Source of the DNA: a virus
Direction: 5' to 3' (one strand)
IMG/VR virus record: IMGVR_UViG_3300025128_000015
Coordinates: 64,001-128,000 of that record
Length of the DNA: 64,000 nt
The notes beneath the pieces are model-generated. The model made no database searches. It was not told where the DNA came from and saw nothing but the letters and a program-made list of their open reading frames with translations. This document shows positions 62,273 through 64,000 of this stretch, piece after piece. Every line of letters starts with the position of its first letter. Positions within the stretch are counted from its first letter, which is position 1. The position numbers were made by a program, and so were the translations under genes.

Positions 62273-64000
62273 ATGGGTGGTGTAGCTGGACATATGAATC
62301 ATTTATATGATAACCCTAATCTCACATTTAGAGAGATGAAAAGAGTTATTATCGCTGCTAGTGAAGGTAAGCTTGAAGGTACAGAAAAGACAGACGGTCA
62401 AAATCTATTTATCACCTACGATATTCAAAGCCAAACAGCCAGAGCAGCTAGAAATAAGGGAAACCTTCGTTCAGGAGGTTTAGATGCAGCCGGATTGTCC
62501 GCTAAATTTGCTGGTCGTGGATCTGTAGAAGCAGCTTTTAACGATGCTTTCTCTATTTTTGAAAAAGCGGTTAGTAGTTTATCATTAGAAGAACAGCAAA
62601 GATTATTCCAGTCAGAAGGTCCTGAATCTCAAGTTTATTATAATGCTGAAATTCAAGATCCTAGAAACGCCAATGTTATCAATTATGATACCAAAACCTT
62701 AAATATTCACAGAGTTGGACATGTTTCTTACAATAGCCAAACCGGTGAGATCAAACAAACTGATTTGTCAAAAGAAGCTAACTATATTGAATCTGTTCTC
62801 AATAGAATGCAAGATGCTGTAAAAGATCAAAACTTTAGAATTCAAATGAATGCAATCCGCAATTTGCAAAGTTTATCTGATAAGAAACCAACATATAAAG
62901 CACTGCAATCTTTAGAAAATGCTATTAATGATGCTGGCATTAGTGATGAGCAAACTGTCAGCGATTATTTGGTCGCACGTATTATTCCGTCTATTAGAAA
63001 TACTATCGAACTCTCTCCAGAAAATGAAACCTTGCTTTTGAAAAAGATCTTGGGTTATAAAGGTATCAAAATAAACGATATTAAAAGAAATTTGGCACCT
63101 CAACAAAAACAAGCAGTTTCTGCAATTGCGAAAAGAGCGCCTGAATTGGCCAAGAACGCAATTCAACCAATTGAAGAGATTGTGCATGATTTTAGTGTAG
63201 AAATGTTAAGACATTTTGAAAGTATGTTCGTTCTAGATAACGAAAAAGAAGTTGATCGTTTAAGAGCGGAAGTTGACAGAGCAATTCGCTCAATTGAAGC
63301 ATCTGGTTCTGAAGAAGCAATTTCTATTCTTCAGCAGCAAATGAAGAAACTAAAAGCTCTAGATAACGTCACAACGGCTGCTGAAGGCTTTGTATTCGAT
63401 TATGACGGGGTTACCTATAAGTTTACCGGTAACTTCGCTCCTATCAACCAAATATTGGGGCTATTTAAGTATGGTCGAAAAGGTATCTCAATTGAACCTG
63501 TTGACGAAGATAATATGGACGAAATGTTGCAAAGTTTAAATGAAAACATTTTACAGAAAAAGGTTGCAATTAAGTTTGGAAATATGTCACACTATCATAC
63601 TCTAGAAAAGTGGCTTGGTATGACAAATAATCCAATCAACGAAGATAATGACTTTGTAGAAGTCAGATTATCAAATAATGAAATTGTTCCAGCTTTTAGT
63701 CACATTTTAAGCGAAGGACTTATCGAAAACAATATTTCTTTAGATAACTTACTGGCCGAAGATTTTACTGAAGAAGAAGGTAAAGCTGCTATTGAAGGAG
63801 CTATTAGGTATTATGCAAATGTTCTTTTCGAGCAAGAAATGCAAGCTCAATATGTTGTTATGATTCCTGGTGGATTTAAACCTCCCACTGCTGGTCATTA
63901 TAATATGATTAATCAATATGCACAACATCCTTCAGTAAAAGAGGTTATTGTTATTCAAGGTCCAAAAGACAGAGACGGAGTAACAAATACAGAATCTAAA
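62273..64000 (+). CDS. Ligase-like nucleotidyltransferase fused to an HxGH cytidylyltransferase-like domain, 3'-truncated
   Basis: Not in the ORF track because it runs off the window. MGGVAGHM, EKTDGQN, YNAEI, AEGFVF, YKFTG; then PGGFKPPTAGH. Frame agrees at both ends (576 codons); the middle was not checked codon by codon. Confidence 0.65.
   Translation, partial: MGGVAGHMNHLYDNPNLTFREMKRVIIAASEGKLEGTEKTDGQNLFITYDIQSQTARAARNKGNLRSGGLDAAGLSAKFAGRGSVEAAFNDAFSIFEKAVSSLSLEEQQRLFQSEGPESQVYYNAEIQDPRNANVINYDTKTLNIHRVGHVSYNSQTGEIKQTDLSKEANYIESVLNRMQDAVKDQNFRIQMNAIRNLQSLSDKKPTYKALQSLENAINDAGISDEQTVSDYLVARIIPSIRNTIELSPENETLLLKKILGYKGIKINDIKRNLAPQQKQAVSAIAKRAPELAKNAIQPIEEIVHDFSVEMLRHFESMFVLDNEKEVDRLRAEVDRAIRSIEASGSEEAISILQQQMKKLKALDNVTTAAEGFVFDYDGVTYKFTGNFAPINQILGLFKYGRKGISIEPVDEDNMDEMLQSLNENILQKKVAIKFGNMSHYHTLEKWLGMTNNPINEDNDFVEVRLSNNEIVPAFSHILSEGLIENNISLDNLLAEDFTEEEGKAAIEGAIRYYANVLFEQEMQAQYVVMIPGGFKPPTAGHYNMINQYAQHPSVKEVIVIQGPKDRDGVTNTESK

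Overview
This window is a fragment of a large, probably jumbo, tailed dsDNA phage genome in the standard genetic code. It is densely coded and almost entirely on the + strand. No capsid, portal, terminase, integrase, reverse transcriptase or CRISPR array is visible. There are three zones. (1) 1-29.1 kb holds replication, nucleotide and proteostasis genes: 5'-3' exonuclease, DnaB-like helicase, class II RNR, DnaE, dUTPase, GuaB-like, PurA, GroES/GroEL, two ClpP, peptide deformylase, CysK, amidase, an SLT fusion, UvsE and 5 tRNAs. (2) 29.1-43.7 kb is an early accessory zone of small genes behind repeated promoters with a 16-bp spacer. It contains tandem arrays of 'MKVGDLV' KOW/SH3-like mini-genes joined by a recurring dual-frame junction, two candidate structured RNAs, a MoxR-vWA pair, and an RpoH-like sigma gene preceded by a complete sigma54-type promoter architecture. 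(3) 43.8-64 kb holds probable late or virion-associated genes, many with 'MKITKxxLKQIIKEE' or 'MKLLFENWRKFINE' leaders and a CTA-N-TTA upstream motif. A CglF-like protein, MopE-type CDGxDNDCDG repeats, Cys-rich lipoproteins and the sigma54 promoter suggest a Myxococcota (or related) host; this is inference. All protein family calls come from motifs recognised by eye, with no database searches run.
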